Program-made: the position numbers and the translations under genes
Shown here: one piece after another, positions 47,897 to 48,857 of the stretch
Numbering within the stretch: the stretch's first letter is position 1
How the letters are laid out: every line of letters starts with the position of its first letter
The notes under the pieces: model-generated
Seen by the model: the letters and a program-made list of their open reading frames with translations, nothing else
What the model was told of the DNA's origin: nothing
The model's database searches: none
Source: Trichomonas gallinae
Taxonomy: Eukaryota
Length of the DNA stretch: 48,857 nucleotides
Direction of reading: 5' to 3'
Assembly: GCA_008369845.1 (NCBI GenBank)
Contig: MRSU01010752.1
Span: forward strand, 1 to 48,857

Positions 47897-48857
47897 TCTT
47901 CAATTATGATGTGATGAGTTGAAAACAGCTTTCCACTCAAATTTTAGTCAATTTGACGGCAAATCATTGTAAAATATCTGAACTCATGAAAAACCTTAAC
48001 AAAGCTTAATCATCAATGATATAATGCATAGATGCAATGTGTATCAAAAAATCGAATTATCCTTTCTAGATTTTTTCTTAGGATTTATCGGAAAAGCCTC
48101 ATCCAAACCAGCTTTTATTGTTAATAACTGATACACTTAGATACACACTTCGATTTTGAATTTGACTTGAAAAAATCAATTTTTAGACTGAAAATTTTGA
48201 TCAACTAATAAAATACCAAAACTGTCACTAATCTGTTTCATTAGAATGACTATATGAAAAATCTATAGATTTATAACATAATTTTGTTATATTATGTAAA
48301 AATATTCATTATGATTAACAATGTTTAATAGGCTCCAAAACAATTATATTTGTCTCTACTATATTGTCGAAATAGAATTAATATATAAGAAATGAATGAT
48401 TCTTATAACATAATTTTAACTTGCTTATAAGATTAAAAAATATGAATATAGATAAGTGTGTTCATTTCATTATATCAAGAAAAATGTGATGCACTAATAG
48501 AACTAAATGGATTCGATATGAAATGGTGAATCTGTTTAACATAATATGCTAATTTTCAATCGTAGCTCATTCATTTGTATGGAATATCGATGAATTAGAT
48601 GTTCATCATCTCGAAATTAGTTAAAAACGATATTTACAAATCGGACAATATCAAAATTTCAAAAAGTTTGAAAAAATAACTGAAAAAACAAGCACCAATT
48701 TCATAGTTGCATCTAAAATCAAAGTTAAACATATTATAACTGTAAGAATTGAAAACAAATCTGACAAAATCTAAGACTTGAGTAGTATATGTATGGGGGT
48801 TATTTGCCAAAATTTGCAAATGCCTCTATGACCTCATTTTTGAAGGATTTAAGTCAA

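Noticed and set aside
48634..48857. 61-aa minus-strand ORF or possible 3' end of a gene at the window edge
   Set aside because: TTG start, stops in all three minus-strand frames near the edge, and no motif.

Overview
Eukaryotic, AT-rich DNA with no recognisable introns and the hallmarks of a trichomonad (Trichomonas vaginalis or a close relative; the species cannot be fixed from sequence alone): TCA[TC]T initiators and M2/M3-type motifs just upstream of ATGs, stop codons embedded in TAAA, very short signal peptides, and a Trichomonas-type histone H3 and transmembrane adenylyl cyclase. Gene order: 3' end of histone H3 (missed by the ORF track), beta-adaptin, an HPS1-like longin-domain protein, Fe-dependent alcohol dehydrogenase, a Furry/Tao3-like scaffold, a coiled-coil protein, a secreted endonuclease I-like nuclease, an inner-arm dynein heavy chain (DNAH6-like), a two-fold duplicated secreted beta-sandwich protein, an alpha/beta hydrolase, a GGAI beta-helix family ORF with no N-terminal ATG, a nitroreductase, a PAS-containing transmembrane adenylyl cyclase, a glycine-rich protein with a disrupted 5' end, a METTL13/EEF1AKMT4-like methyltransferase and a secreted R/Q/E-rich repeat protein. 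Intergenic DNA holds several gene relics, including a decayed pyruvate:ferredoxin oxidoreductase-like fragment. I found no rRNA, tRNA, CRISPR or intact mobile element. I do not see a coherent novel multi-gene system; the best leads are single loci. All family calls come from motif recognition against recalled consensus sequences, not database searches.
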